Assembly (NCBI GenBank): GCA_043826505.1
Contig: JBDRQC010000008.1
Span: 15,606-79,605 of the forward strand
From: Chrysiogenia bacterium
GTDB lineage: Bacteria; Acidobacteriota; Aminicenantia; UBA2199
Direction: 5' to 3'
DNA length: 64,000 bases
This document shows positions 24,486-36,277 of this stretch, piece after piece. The stretch's first letter is position 1. Every line of letters starts with the position of its first letter. The notes under the pieces were generated by a model. It did not search any database, was not told the DNA's origin, and worked only from the letters and a program-made list of their open reading frames with translations. Position numbers and translations under genes: made by a program.

Positions 24486-27400
24486 TTATTTTAGGCTCGT
24501 CTTGATCTTGGCGAAATAGGTGTAGAGCACCGGGATGAAGAACAGGTTGAAAACGGTCGAGGCGATCAGGCCGCCGATCAGGGCCACGGCCATGGGCGAG
24601 TTCATTTCGCCGCCTTCCTTGCTGGTCAGGGCCATGGGTACCATGCCGCCGATGGTGGTAAGGGAGGTCATCAATATCGGACGCAGGCGCGTGGTCGCCC
24701 CCTTGATCACGGCTTCCAGCCGTTCCATACCGCCGGCAATGAGCTGGTTGATGTAGTCGACCATGACGATGCCGTTGTTCACGGCGATGCCGGCCAGGAT
24801 TATGAAGCCCATGATCGAGCCCATGTTGATGGTCTTGCCGGTTATGGCCAGCAGCGCCACCACGCCGATGAAGCCCAGGGGCAGGGTGAACATGTTGATG
24901 AAGGGAAATTTCAGGTTTTCGTAGAGCGAGGCCATGACGGCGAAAACCAGCACCAGTGCGATCAGCAGGGCAAAGGCCAGGGTTGTAAAGGTTTCGGTCA
25001 TGTTCTGGTACTGGCCGGCGATCTCGGTGAAATATCCCTGCGGCAGATTCGCCGTGAAGTCCGCGGTTTTTTTCTTGATCTCGTTGACAATGCCGCCCAG
25101 GTTGCTGCCCAGGTAGTTGGCGCCCACGGTGACCTTGCGCACCATGTTCTCGCGGTCGATGCGCACCGGACCGAGGAGATTCCTGATCTCTGCCACCTGG
25201 GACAGGTACACCTTGGCTCCCAGCGGGGTCTGGATGGGCAGCTTCTTCAGGTCAGCCAGGGAGGCACGATCGCTTTCGTTCAGGCGCACGCGTATGTCAC
25301 GGTCCTCGCCTTCGACGAACATGCGCGATACCACGGTGCCGATTGTGTAGGTCTCGACCTGGCGGGAGATATCGTACGGTGTCAGCCCCAGCTTGGAGGC
25401 TTCCTCTTTCTTGATGTGCAGCTGGATCTCGGGCTTGCTCTTTTCCAGGGAGACCTTGACATCGCGTACGCCTTCGATGCCCACTATGCGTCGACGGATG
25501 CTTTCGGCGATGTCCTCGAGTATGCCCATGTCGCGGCCGAAGCAGTTGATCTCGATGGGGCTGGTCGAGGAACCGAACATGGAGGCGCCGGCGATGTCGA
25601 TGGCCGTGATCTGGCTGTTCTCCAGGGTGGGGAAAGATTGTCGCCAGCGCTCAAGTATCTGCTTGTCCGATTCCTTTCTCTGGCTGCTGGGCTTGAGGTA
25701 GGCATAGATGATCGACTCGTAGGAGCCGGCGGCACTGGTGCCGCTGGCCGTGTCCTGGGCATTCATTTCACTGGTGCCGACCTGGATGAAGGTGGTGATG
25801 ACATTGGGGTCTTTGAGCGATTGCTCCTCGAGGTACTTGGTGATGCGGTCGGTCTCCTCGATCTGGGTGCCTACCGGCATGGAAAGTTTCAGGTAGAGCA
25901 TGGAATTGTCGGTCTGGGGCATGAACTCCTTGCCCAGGAAAGCGGCGCCGACCAGGGACAGGAGGAAGACGGTGATGACCGCGAAGAGGACCCTTTTTCT
26001 GCGGGCCAGGGCCCGGCGCAGCCAGCCCTCGTAGCGGTCACGCACCGGGGTGAACTTGTCCTCGCCCAGGGCCTTGACCGAATTCGTCGTGGCGGCGCCT
26101 TTTTTCATGCGCAAGCGGAACATCCAGGAGGCCAGCATGGGCACGATGGTCAGAGCCACGAACAGCGACGCCAGCAAGGCGATGATCACCGACACGGCAA
26201 GGCTTTGCGCAAGGCGCCCGGCGATGCCGGTGGCGAACATCATGGGGAAGAACACGGCCACGGTGGTCAATGTGGAGGCGCTGATGGCCATGCCCACTTC
26301 CGAGGTGCCGATGCGGGCAGCTTCCATGGGGCTCTTGCCCTCCTGCAAGTGCCGGAAGATGTTCTCGATGACCACCACGGCATTGTCGACAAGCATGCCC
26401 ACCCCCAAGGCAAGTCCACCCAGGGTGATCAGGTTCAGGGTATAGCCCATCAAATAGAAGGCAATGAAGGCCACCACGATCGAGAGCGGGATGGTGATGC
26501 CGATGGCCACGGTGGGTTTGAGATTGCGCAGGAAGAGAAAAATGATCAGCATGGCCAGCAGGCCGCCCCGCAGGATATTCTGGCTGGCCTTGCTTGACAT
26601 CATCTCGATGATGCGCGACATGTCGAGCCAGACATGGAACTTGACTCCATGTTTCAGCGTCGGCTCGATCTCGGCCAGGAGCTTCTTCACCTGGCGCGCC
26701 ACCAGCACCGAGTTGGCGCCGGAGCCTTTGGTGATCATCATCATGATACCCTGCTGTCCGTTCAGGCGCAGCTTGAGACGTGTCTCTTTGGGCGCTTCTT
26801 TTACCGTGCCGATATCTTTCAGGAAGATGGGTGCACCGCTGCGGCTGATGCCTACCAGGATGTCTTCGACCTCGGAAAACACCTTGAATTCACCCATGGT
26901 GCGCAGCAGGAACTCGCGGTGGTTCTCGGTCATGTAACCGGCGGGGAGATTGATATTGGAGGCCTGGATGGCCATCTCCACCTGACTGATGTTCAGGCCG
27001 CGCGACTCGAGTTTGCCCTTGTCCACGCTGACCAGCACCTCGTTGATCTCGGGCGAGAAGACCGAGGCCGAAGCCACGCCCTCGATGCGCTCCAGGCGGG
27101 TGGCCACCTCGTTGTCGATGTAGTCGCGCAGCTGGCTCAGCCCCATGTCGCTGCCGGTTATTCCGTAGGCGATGATCGGCATCTGCGAGAAATTAAACTT
27201 CATGACGAAAGGCTTCTGGGCCCCCTTGGGCAGGAACATTTCGTAAAGACCGATGGCGTCGCGTACATCCTGGGCGGCGAAATCGAGGTTGGTCCCCCAT
27301 TCGAATTCAATCATGATCACCGACTGCCCCTCCATGGAGATTGAGCGCAGATCCTTGATGCGCTGGACCGTGGAGACCCACTGCTCGACCGGCCGGGTGA

Positions 27401-27587
27401 TGTTCTGTTCCATGTCTTCGGATGAAACTCCGCTGTAGGTAGTCACCACGGTTATGAAAGGATAATCCAGGTCGGGAAGCATATCCAGCCCCAGCTTGGT
27501 AAAGGAGATCAAACCCAGGATGACGATGACCAGGACAACCATGGACATTGTCACCCGTTTTTTCAGTGAAAAATCAACGATCTTCAT
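24486..27587 (-). CDS. RND efflux transporter permease (AcrB/HAE1-like)
   Basis: 1033 aa with 12-TM, two-large-loop RND architecture. Last gene of the tetR-tolC-mfp-rnd operon. Confidence 0.9.
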   Translation of the reverse strand: MKIVDFSLKKRVTMSMVVLVIVILGLISFTKLGLDMLPDLDYPFITVVTTYSGVSSEDMEQNITRPVEQWVSTVQRIKDLRSISMEGQSVIMIEFEWGTNLDFAAQDVRDAIGLYEMFLPKGAQKPFVMKFNFSQMPIIAYGITGSDMGLSQLRDYIDNEVATRLERIEGVASASVFSPEINEVLVSVDKGKLESRGLNISQVEMAIQASNINLPAGYMTENHREFLLRTMGEFKVFSEVEDILVGISRSGAPIFLKDIGTVKEAPKETRLKLRLNGQQGIMMMITKGSGANSVLVARQVKKLLAEIEPTLKHGVKFHVWLDMSRIIEMMSSKASQNILRGGLLAMLIIFLFLRNLKPTVAIGITIPLSIVVAFIAFYLMGYTLNLITLGGLALGVGMLVDNAVVVIENIFRHLQEGKSPMEAARIGTSEVGMAISASTLTTVAVFFPMMFATGIAGRLAQSLAVSVIIALLASLFVALTIVPMLASWMFRLRMKKGAATTNSVKALGEDKFTPVRDRYEGWLRRALARRKRVLFAVITVFLLSLVGAAFLGKEFMPQTDNSMLYLKLSMPVGTQIEETDRITKYLEEQSLKDPNVITTFIQVGTSEMNAQDTASGTSAAGSYESIIYAYLKPSSQRKESDKQILERWRQSFPTLENSQITAIDIAGASMFGSSTSPIEINCFGRDMGILEDIAESIRRRIVGIEGVRDVKVSLEKSKPEIQLHIKKEEASKLGLTPYDISRQVETYTIGTVVSRMFVEGEDRDIRVRLNESDRASLADLKKLPIQTPLGAKVYLSQVAEIRNLLGPVRIDRENMVRKVTVGANYLGSNLGGIVNEIKKKTADFTANLPQGYFTEIAGQYQNMTETFTTLAFALLIALVLVFAVMASLYENLKFPFINMFTLPLGFIGVVALLAITGKTINMGSIMGFIILAGIAVNNGIVMVDYINQLIAGGMERLEAVIKGATTRLRPILMTSLTTIGGMVPMALTSKEGGEMNSPMAVALIGGLIASTVFNLFFIPVLYTYFAKIKTSLK

Positions 27588-28669
27588 TTTTTGTCTCCGG
27601 CCAAAACGATGGCCGTACCGTCCTTCAGGTCATAATTGCCTTCGATCAATACCTGCTCGCCGGCTTTCACTCCGGACAGCACCTCGAATTGGCGCTCGTC
27701 GCGCAGGCCTACCTGCACAACGCGGCGTCGGGCCATGCCGTTCTCGTTGACCATCACATCCTTGTCGCCGAGAAGCAGCGCCGAGAGAGGCAGCAGGAAT
27801 GTGTTTTCCCGGCGGATATATTCGATGGAAATATCGGCGTACACTCCGGCCTTGATCTTCATTTCCGGATTTTCAATCTTGATCTCCACCTTGAAGGTCT
27901 TGGAGAGGGGGTCGGCGGCCAGGTTCTTGGAATAAACTTCCCCGGAAAAAGACTCTCCGGGCAAAGATGAAATCCCGACCAGGCAGCTTTGGCCGATCTT
28001 GATTTTTTCTATCTCCTCGGCCGGAACATCGACTATAATCTTGACCTTGGAGAGATCCATCAGGGTCAGGATGCTATGGCCCATACCCATCATGGGATTA
28101 ATCATGTCGCCTTCTTCCATGTTCTTGGCCGCGATCACGCCCGCAAAGGGCGCTTTCATGTAGGCGTTATTCAACGTGTAGTCCACCAGGTCCAGGGTGG
28201 CCCTGGCGCTCTTCATCTGGGTGTCGGCGGCATCAAGGGCCAGCTGGGTGTTTTCATACTGCATTTGGGAGATCGCCTTGTTTTCCAGCATTTTTTTCAT
28301 GCGCTCAGCGTTCAACTTGGCGTTCTGAAAGGCGGCATGGGCCACGGCCAGGGCAGCCCGGGCCTGCTTCTGCTGCAATTCCAGGGAGGTCATGTCCAAC
28401 ATGGCCAGCAACTCTCCCTGGGCGACGCGGTCGCCCTGCTTTTTCATGATACGGCCCACGCGTCCGGAGGCGTCGGGGGCGATATTGGCGGTCTTCCAGG
28501 CGCTGACCGTTCCCTTGTAATTGAAATATTTTGACAACGTCCCTTTGCGCATACTCTCGGCTTTTACCAGCAACGGCTTTTTCTGAGCTTCTGCTGTCTG
28601 CCCGTCTTTTTTCGAGCAGAATGACATGGTGAAAGCCAGGGCCAGCAATGCGATAAAAATTCTTTTCAT
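27584..28669 (-). CDS. Efflux RND periplasmic adaptor (membrane fusion protein)
   Basis: Lipoprotein-like signal (FTMSFC) with HlyD/AcrA-like coiled-coil and barrel regions. 4-nt overlaps on both sides. Confidence 0.88.
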   Translation of the reverse strand: MKRIFIALLALAFTMSFCSKKDGQTAEAQKKPLLVKAESMRKGTLSKYFNYKGTVSAWKTANIAPDASGRVGRIMKKQGDRVAQGELLAMLDMTSLELQQKQARAALAVAHAAFQNAKLNAERMKKMLENKAISQMQYENTQLALDAADTQMKSARATLDLVDYTLNNAYMKAPFAGVIAAKNMEEGDMINPMMGMGHSILTLMDLSKVKIIVDVPAEEIEKIKIGQSCLVGISSLPGESFSGEVYSKNLAADPLSKTFKVEIKIENPEMKIKAGVYADISIEYIRRENTFLLPLSALLLGDKDVMVNENGMARRRVVQVGLRDERQFEVLSGVKAGEQVLIEGNYDLKDGTAIVLAGDKK

Positions 28670-29991
28670 TCGACACCTCCGTTGATATCGATGCCAGTGA
28701 TCTTTTCTAGTTCGGCTATGGCAATATTGTAATTATACAGGGCCTGCAGGTAATTTACCTTGGCCCGCGTCAATTCGTTGTAAGATGAATTCAACTCCAG
28801 GATGGTGATCATCCCCTCCCGGTAGTTGAGTTCGGCTATACGAACGCCCTCTTTGGCGCTTTCCATGTTTTTCAAACCCAACTGGATATTTTCATACTCC
28901 TGGTTGATGTTGCGGTAGCCGCTTTCGACTTCCAGGCGGGTGGCATCGCTCAGTTGCTTGAGATTCAGATCCATGATCTTTTTCATCACTCTCATTTCAC
29001 CAACCTGGGCGCTTCTTTTCAAACCGGTGAATATGGGAAAGCTGACCCCCAGGGAGATGTTGAAATAGTCATCCCAATTGCCTGAACTGAATTTGAAATA
29101 ATCGGATTGGTAGCTGTAATTGGCCACCACGGAAAAGTTTGGAATATATTGGGCCCAGGTTATTTTTAGCAGATTGGCGATCTTTTGGCTTTGCATCTGC
29201 AGTTGCAGCAATTCGGAACGGTTTTTCAGGGAGCTCTGCAGCAGTTTGAGCAATTCCAGCTGCAAAGGCCGGTAGCCCAACTCCCCCAGCAGGCGAATCT
29301 CCTGTTCAGCAGGCAGCCCCAGCATCAATTTCAGACCCAGTTCCGAGGTTTCCAGCAGGTTTCCCACGCGCAGCAAATCGGGGCGGGTGGCGCTCAAGGC
29401 GAGCTCGGCACGCAGCATGTCGTACTGGGAGACCATGCCCAGTTCAAAACTCTTCTTGACGTTCCCGTAATTGCTCTCCGCCAGGGAAAAAGCCTCCTGG
29501 TGCGCTTTCTGCAATTCCTGCAGGATCTGAATGTTGTAAAACAACTTGCGCACGCCTAAAATCGTATCGGCCCGGGAATTGCTTTGCCTTTCCTTGGCCA
29601 TCTTCAGGTCCAGCTCGGCATTTTTGTAATTGAAAAATATTTTGCCGCCGGTAAACACGGGCTGGACGACCTGGAAAGTGAAAGCATAGTTCTTGGTGAA
29701 GCGCAGGGTGGCCTGGGTCGGCTCAGCGCCAGGGTAAAAGGGCGGGATCTCGATGGTCATCAGTTTTTCATCAAGGATCTTGCTGCCCTGCAGGGTCGCT
29801 TCCGGCAGGAATCCGAAGTTCTGCAGCAGGCGGTAGCGGTACTGCCTGACCTCCTGCTGGCTGATCTGATAGGTAGTATTGTTGGTCAAAGCCAGTTCGA
29901 TCGCCTGGTCCACGGTCAGATCCATGGCGGGATCCTGGCAGAATCCCGCAACGGCCAGCAGCAGTAGTGCCAATAATGCTTTTTTCATCAA
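28666..29991 (-). CDS. TolC family outer membrane efflux protein
   Basis: Signal peptide and duplicated TolC-type repeat structure, 441 aa. Confidence 0.85.
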   Translation of the reverse strand: MMKKALLALLLLAVAGFCQDPAMDLTVDQAIELALTNNTTYQISQQEVRQYRYRLLQNFGFLPEATLQGSKILDEKLMTIEIPPFYPGAEPTQATLRFTKNYAFTFQVVQPVFTGGKIFFNYKNAELDLKMAKERQSNSRADTILGVRKLFYNIQILQELQKAHQEAFSLAESNYGNVKKSFELGMVSQYDMLRAELALSATRPDLLRVGNLLETSELGLKLMLGLPAEQEIRLLGELGYRPLQLELLKLLQSSLKNRSELLQLQMQSQKIANLLKITWAQYIPNFSVVANYSYQSDYFKFSSGNWDDYFNISLGVSFPIFTGLKRSAQVGEMRVMKKIMDLNLKQLSDATRLEVESGYRNINQEYENIQLGLKNMESAKEGVRIAELNYREGMITILELNSSYNELTRAKVNYLQALYNYNIAIAELEKITGIDINGGVE

Positions 29992-29997
29992 TGCCTC

Positions 29998-30591
29998 CTA
30001 GGCCAGAATGCCGTGTTTCAAAATTTTCATGATCAGTTCTTTTTGTTTTTCATGGTCGATGCCATCACCCAGAACCGATTCCAAAAAAGCGCTTTCCAGC
30101 ATGTTATTCATGATGGTGCCGAGCATTTCCTCACTGAAATCATCAAGGATATCCGGGCGCACTATGTCTTTGATGAAATTGCCCAGGGCCATGACAATCT
30201 CGTGCCTGATACGCAATTGCAGGTTCAAATGTTCTTCGATGTTCTCATGGAGGATCATGTGGTGTTCGCGGATGATCATTCTTAAAAAATTCCGTTTCTG
30301 CTGCACCATGGACAGCGAAAGGTCGATGATGTCTTCGATGGTCCGGTACTTGTCGGTGCTGTTGGCCATGAGCTCATTTGCTTTTGTCGCGATCTCTCTT
30401 TGAAAACGCTGCCAGAGTCCCGTGAACAGCATGTATTTGCTGTCGAAATAGTTGTACAGGGTGGGTTTGGAAATGCCGCATTTCTTGGCGATCATGTCCA
30501 TGGAAGTGTTTTTATAGCCATTGATTGTAAAAATCTCTTCGAAATTTTGCAGTATGAAATCGCGCATTGCGTCTTCTTTAGTTGCAATCAA
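29998..30591 (-). CDS. TetR/AcrR family transcriptional regulator
   Basis: N-terminal HTH (YKNTSMDMIAKKCGISKPTLYNYFDSK). First gene of the efflux operon. TTG start with a GGAGGT upstream. Confidence 0.88.
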   Translation of the reverse strand: MIATKEDAMRDFILQNFEEIFTINGYKNTSMDMIAKKCGISKPTLYNYFDSKYMLFTGLWQRFQREIATKANELMANSTDKYRTIEDIIDLSLSMVQQKRNFLRMIIREHHMILHENIEEHLNLQLRIRHEIVMALGNFIKDIVRPDILDDFSEEMLGTIMNNMLESAFLESVLGDGIDHEKQKELIMKILKHGILA

Positions 30592-30648
30592 GCTTACCTC
30601 CGGTAAATAAAATATACTCGAGGCTAATATTTTTACTTTACGTAATTT

Positions 30649-30677
30649 ATTTTAACTCCCAGTTTATTTTTTGTCAA
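30649..30677 (-). promoter_or_regulatory. Putative promoter of the tetR-tolC-mfp-rnd operon
   Basis: On the minus strand: TTGACA (30677-30672), 17-nt spacer, TAAAAT (30654-30649). A TTACGTAA palindrome just downstream is a possible TetR operator. Confidence 0.5.
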
Positions 30678-30693
30678 TATCTGATGAAATTAT

Positions 30694-31269
30694 CTATATT
30701 TTTTTTTCCAGTAATTCTTTATAGCGAAAACAATCCAGTAGATGATCGTTAACCATGCCGGTGGCCTGCATGTGGGCGTAGATAATGGTTGAACCTACGA
30801 ATTTGAAGCCGCGCCTGATCAGGTCTTTGCTTAAAGAATCCGACAATTCGGTACGGACAGGCAATTGTGCCAGCGTTTTCCAGCGGTTCTGAAGGGGGCG
30901 GTTGCCTACGAACGGCCAAATATACTTGTCAAAACTGCCGAATTCCTCCCTAATTTTTACAAAAGCCCTGGCATTGCCCACTGAAGCCGCGATCTTGCTG
31001 CGGTTGCGGATCAATCCCGAGTCGCTCAACAAGGCGGCGATCTTTTCAGAACCGTAGAGAGCGACCTTGGCGAAATCGAAACCATCGTAGGCCCGGCGGT
31101 AGTTTTCCCTTTTTTTCAACACTAATAACCAACTCAAACCGGCCTGGGCGCCCTCTAAAACCAGGAATTCGAACCATTTGCGGTCATCGTGCACCGGCAC
31201 TCCCCATTCACGATCGTGGTAATCCCTATAAAGCGGATCAGAAAAGCACCAGGGACAACGTTGCTTCAT
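30694..31269 (-). CDS. tag: DNA-3-methyladenine glycosylase I
   Basis: CPWCFSDPLYRDYHDREWGVPVHDD N-terminus. The ATG at 31269 is preferred over the longer ORF-track start. Confidence 0.9.
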   Translation of the reverse strand: MKQRCPWCFSDPLYRDYHDREWGVPVHDDRKWFEFLVLEGAQAGLSWLLVLKKRENYRRAYDGFDFAKVALYGSEKIAALLSDSGLIRNRSKIAASVGNARAFVKIREEFGSFDKYIWPFVGNRPLQNRWKTLAQLPVRTELSDSLSKDLIRRGFKFVGSTIIYAHMQATGMVNDHLLDCFRYKELLEKKI

Positions 31270-31359
31270 GGCCGCACTCCTTTGGGTCGGGCCAGGCCAG
31301 GGGCCGGCCCGAAACATAATAAAGGACGAGAACCGGCAAAGTCAAGCTCGGGCGGCGTC

Positions 31360-31388
31360 TTGACAATTAGTCGGGGAAGGTTTACATT
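31360..31388 (+). promoter_or_regulatory. Putative promoter giving a leaderless mRNA for the 31395 gene
   Basis: TTGACA (31360-31365), 17-nt spacer, TACATT (31383-31388), 6 nt, then the ATG at 31395. No SD. Confidence 0.45.
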
Positions 31389-31394
31389 TTGCCC

Positions 31395-33296
31395 ATGGCC
31401 GTGACAGCAAATGAATTGGATCAGATCAAGGGCATACTGATAGGAAAAAAGTTGCACATTTCCCGCCAGAAGATAGTTGCCAGTCTGGCCATGCTGGACG
31501 AATCACAGGAGATTTTCCCCCAACCTCAGCAAAAAGCTCTGCTGGTCCAGTTGCTGCACTTGTATGAAAATTCAAAAAAAAAGGTGGTAATCCAGTTGGA
31601 AGAACTGGGGGAAAAAGATCTGCCGCTGACCGTGGTCATGGGAGTCCTGGCCGAAGACTGGACCGGAATGGCCAATTCGATCCTGGGCATTATCCATCAA
31701 AAACACGGCAACGTGCTTTTTTTAAAGGGATTTACCCTGACCTGCCTGGAGCGCAAACTGGGTGTTGTGCTGCTCTCTTTCCTGATCAAGACAGCGGAGG
31801 ATTACAGTCGTTTCCTGAAAGACAAGAGCAATCTCCTGGCCGCCCTCAAGGAAGCCTCGCAGGGCACTTTGGGCAAAACCCTGCTGCTGGAAGACGAAAC
31901 CATCAAATTCGAAATTTACAACCAGACCATCAACACTATCAAAAGAATATACCGCGGACCGGATATAGAAGAAATCATCGGTGAGAACGGCGAAACCCTG
32001 AAATTTTTCTCTTCGCGTTCCCGGGAATACCTTCAGGAAAGAAAGCTCACAGATCTGGCCGGTCTGGTGATCGACAATTTCAAGTTCCAGAAGCAGATCC
32101 GCGACGGCCAGGCCGACAAGAAGATCAGGATCAAGAATTTCGAGACCCTGGACGAGCACCTTACCGGCATCACTTTCGGCTGTTGGGAAGAAAATTTTTC
32201 CGTGGAGAATTTCCTGAAAACCCTGGACTTCATCGTGCCGGGACATATCATCAAGCACCACAAGAGTTTTGTTTCCTCGGAAAAGATCCTGATCTACCGC
32301 ATCGAGATCGTCGACAGCCATTACCAGCCTCTGAATCCCGATGCCATCAAATCAATTGAAAGTTCTCTTGAGAAACTGATCAGCACCTCGGTCGACGAAA
32401 AATTTTCACAGATCAAGTCCGTGGGCGGCTATGAGCATTACGCCCGGGCCATCATCCCCTTCCTGATGGAGGAATTAAAGGTCACCGGCATCAGCCAGGT
32501 ATTCATGAGCGTGGAAAAGAAAACCGAGTTCATGATGCAGCTGAAGCTCATCCTGGTTTCCAGGCAAGGCAAGAAAAACAACCTGAACAAACTGATCCGC
32601 CTGCTGGAAAGCCGCAGCGGTATCGAGATCCTGTCGGTCATCCCTCCCCGCTTCTACCAGAACCATATCGAGATCAACATCATGAACCTGAAAATAGTTC
32701 TGAGCGAATTCATTTCCATTGCCGCCATCTTCCAGTTCATCAAGAACATTTTGAAAGGCCTGTACGGCCAGGTCCGTGATTTTGACGAAGGTTTGCGCGA
32801 CAGCGACATGCGTTCCCTGATGGACCTGACCACCGAAGCGCGTTCCCTCAATCCCCTGCTGATCAAGGAAATCTACTACAATTTCGATGAGATATACCGC
32901 CTGGAGACCCCACCCAGGATCATGGCCGAGATCATGAAGCTGGTTTGCGAGACCATCAAGGCGGCCAAAAAGCAGGAAATGGACCGGGTGATCGTCAAGT
33001 ACAAGCATATCCGCCATGAACTGAAAAATGAATTCATTAAAACCATTTTTGTTATTTCCTACGTCAAGGAAAAGAAAATTATCAGCAAATTCATCAGCAA
33101 CCTGCGCGAAATCGAAGTTTATTTCACACGCATCGAATGGGAGCAGCGTTTTTACCTGATCATGATATTCAAGAAAGACAAACTGGCGCTTCCCAAAGAC
33201 GAGATATTTAGGATCAAGACCGAGGTGCTGGATAAATTCCTTAAAAACGCATTGATCATCGACGCCACCCAGCAGAGCGTCGATGAGGAGTGCTGA
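31395..33296 (+). CDS. Hypothetical protein, possibly with several ACT-like repeats
   Basis: 633-aa ORF. Segments such as LTVVMGVLAEDWTGMANSILGIIHQKHGNVLFLKGF resemble ACT folds, but that reading is weak. The ATG lies 6 nt after a predicted -10 element (leaderless arrangement). Confidence 0.6.
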   Translation: MAVTANELDQIKGILIGKKLHISRQKIVASLAMLDESQEIFPQPQQKALLVQLLHLYENSKKKVVIQLEELGEKDLPLTVVMGVLAEDWTGMANSILGIIHQKHGNVLFLKGFTLTCLERKLGVVLLSFLIKTAEDYSRFLKDKSNLLAALKEASQGTLGKTLLLEDETIKFEIYNQTINTIKRIYRGPDIEEIIGENGETLKFFSSRSREYLQERKLTDLAGLVIDNFKFQKQIRDGQADKKIRIKNFETLDEHLTGITFGCWEENFSVENFLKTLDFIVPGHIIKHHKSFVSSEKILIYRIEIVDSHYQPLNPDAIKSIESSLEKLISTSVDEKFSQIKSVGGYEHYARAIIPFLMEELKVTGISQVFMSVEKKTEFMMQLKLILVSRQGKKNNLNKLIRLLESRSGIEILSVIPPRFYQNHIEINIMNLKIVLSEFISIAAIFQFIKNILKGLYGQVRDFDEGLRDSDMRSLMDLTTEARSLNPLLIKEIYYNFDEIYRLETPPRIMAEIMKLVCETIKAAKKQEMDRVIVKYKHIRHELKNEFIKTIFVISYVKEKKIISKFISNLREIEVYFTRIEWEQRFYLIMIFKKDKLALPKDEIFRIKTEVLDKFLKNALIIDATQQSVDEEC

Positions 33297-33309
33297 AACT
33301 GACCGCCGC

Positions 33310-35280
<1,971 letters not shown>

Positions 35281-35379
35281 CAGCACGGAAAGACGATTAC
35301 ATATTTTCGAAACTCAATTGGTTTTAAAAAATCATTTTTGATAAGTTTAAATTAAAATACAATATATTATACAATTTGA

Positions 35380-35408
35380 TTGAAATATACTACATTTTGT
35401 ATTATAAT
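35380..35408 (+). promoter_or_regulatory. Putative promoter giving a leaderless mRNA for the XRE regulator
   Basis: TTGAAA (35380-35385), 17-nt spacer, TATAAT (35403-35408), 6 nt, then the ATG at 35415. No SD. Confidence 0.5.
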
Positions 35409-35414
35409 TACATC

Positions 35415-35675
35415 ATGGAAAACAGAAAGATATACAACCGCATGGCAATTCTCAGGAAAGAAAGGGGCATCTCTAGGAAGGATCTGGCAGAAAAGATCGG
35501 AGTGAACTTTCAAACGGTCGGCTATCTGGAGAGGGAGGAATACAACCCCAGCCTCGACCTGGCATTGCGTATATGCGATTTTTTTCAACTGCCCGTTGAA
35601 TTCATTTTTTCAAACCGGCCCTTGCGTCCGATGTCGGAGGAGATCAAGGAAAGGCAAGAAAAAAAAGGAGTATAA
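35415..35675 (+). CDS. Small XRE-family HTH transcriptional regulator
   Basis: MAILRKERGISRKDLAEKIGVNFQTVGYLEREEYNPSLDLALRICDFF. The ATG lies 6 nt after a TATAAT box. Confidence 0.85.
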   Translation: MENRKIYNRMAILRKERGISRKDLAEKIGVNFQTVGYLEREEYNPSLDLALRICDFFQLPVEFIFSNRPLRPMSEEIKERQEKKGV

Positions 35676-35676
35676 A

Positions 35677-36144
35677 ATGAAAAAGCATTTTTCTATCCGG
35701 TCCAGAAGGCAGGGAGTTGTTAGCAATTATATCAGCACCGTTTTGCTCGCAGCGGTCATCTGCATGGGCGAGTATGGAAAATGGAACACCATTCTGATCG
35801 TCTTTTTCTGCATCCTGCTTGCCGCTTCGATTTTTTCCTATTGGCGGACGTATATCGTGACAGGGATTTTCAGTCTGGTAAGGTCCAAGACCGAACAGCT
35901 CGATGAAAGGGAGATCGCACTCACACGGGAAGCTTACCGCCAGGCTTATATTCCCATCGGCATCGCCTGCCTGACACTGGTATTCGTTATGGTCCTGGGG
36001 ATCCGTTTTTCATGGATATCCCTGACCCACCGGGGCCACTACTCCTTTGGCCTGGTGGTCCTCCTTTTTCTCAATTATCTGATCAATGTCATGCCCGTCT
36101 CGATTGTCGCCTGGAAAGAACCACTGATAGAGCTCGAACCATAA
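35677..36144 (+). CDS. Small integral membrane protein (about 4 TM) paired with the XRE regulator
   Basis: The ATG at 35677 is 1 nt after the regulator stop, with an AAGGAG SD. There are four hydrophobic segments. Confidence 0.7.
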   Translation: MKKHFSIRSRRQGVVSNYISTVLLAAVICMGEYGKWNTILIVFFCILLAASIFSYWRTYIVTGIFSLVRSKTEQLDEREIALTREAYRQAYIPIGIACLTLVFVMVLGIRFSWISLTHRGHYSFGLVVLLFLNYLINVMPVSIVAWKEPLIELEP

Positions 36145-36277
36145 ACCGGCAGCCCAACATCCTGCCAATCAGCGATTTTATTTGAATTCACTCCAAGCGC
36201 GGTATGAAAATGCAGCCTGGACTTGCTTTTTTGTTTTCAACCCTTTACAATATGCGGGCTTTTTAAGCAGGTGGCAT

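Noticed and set aside
25416-26597. 393-aa ORF antisense to the RND pump gene, plus similar ORFs at 26634-27344 and 27548-28534.
   Set aside because: Shadow ORFs opposite conserved efflux genes, with highly biased Gly/Asp/His composition.
24486-30591. TetR-TolC-MFP-RND operon considered as a candidate novel system.
   Set aside because: This is the canonical tripartite efflux architecture with its own repressor. I can see nothing unusual beyond ordinary family membership.
35281-35414. AT-rich stretch after uvrB considered as a genomic-island boundary or att site.
   Set aside because: There is no integrase, transposase, direct repeat of a tRNA end or phage gene nearby. Promoter and operator DNA for the XRE gene explains it adequately.
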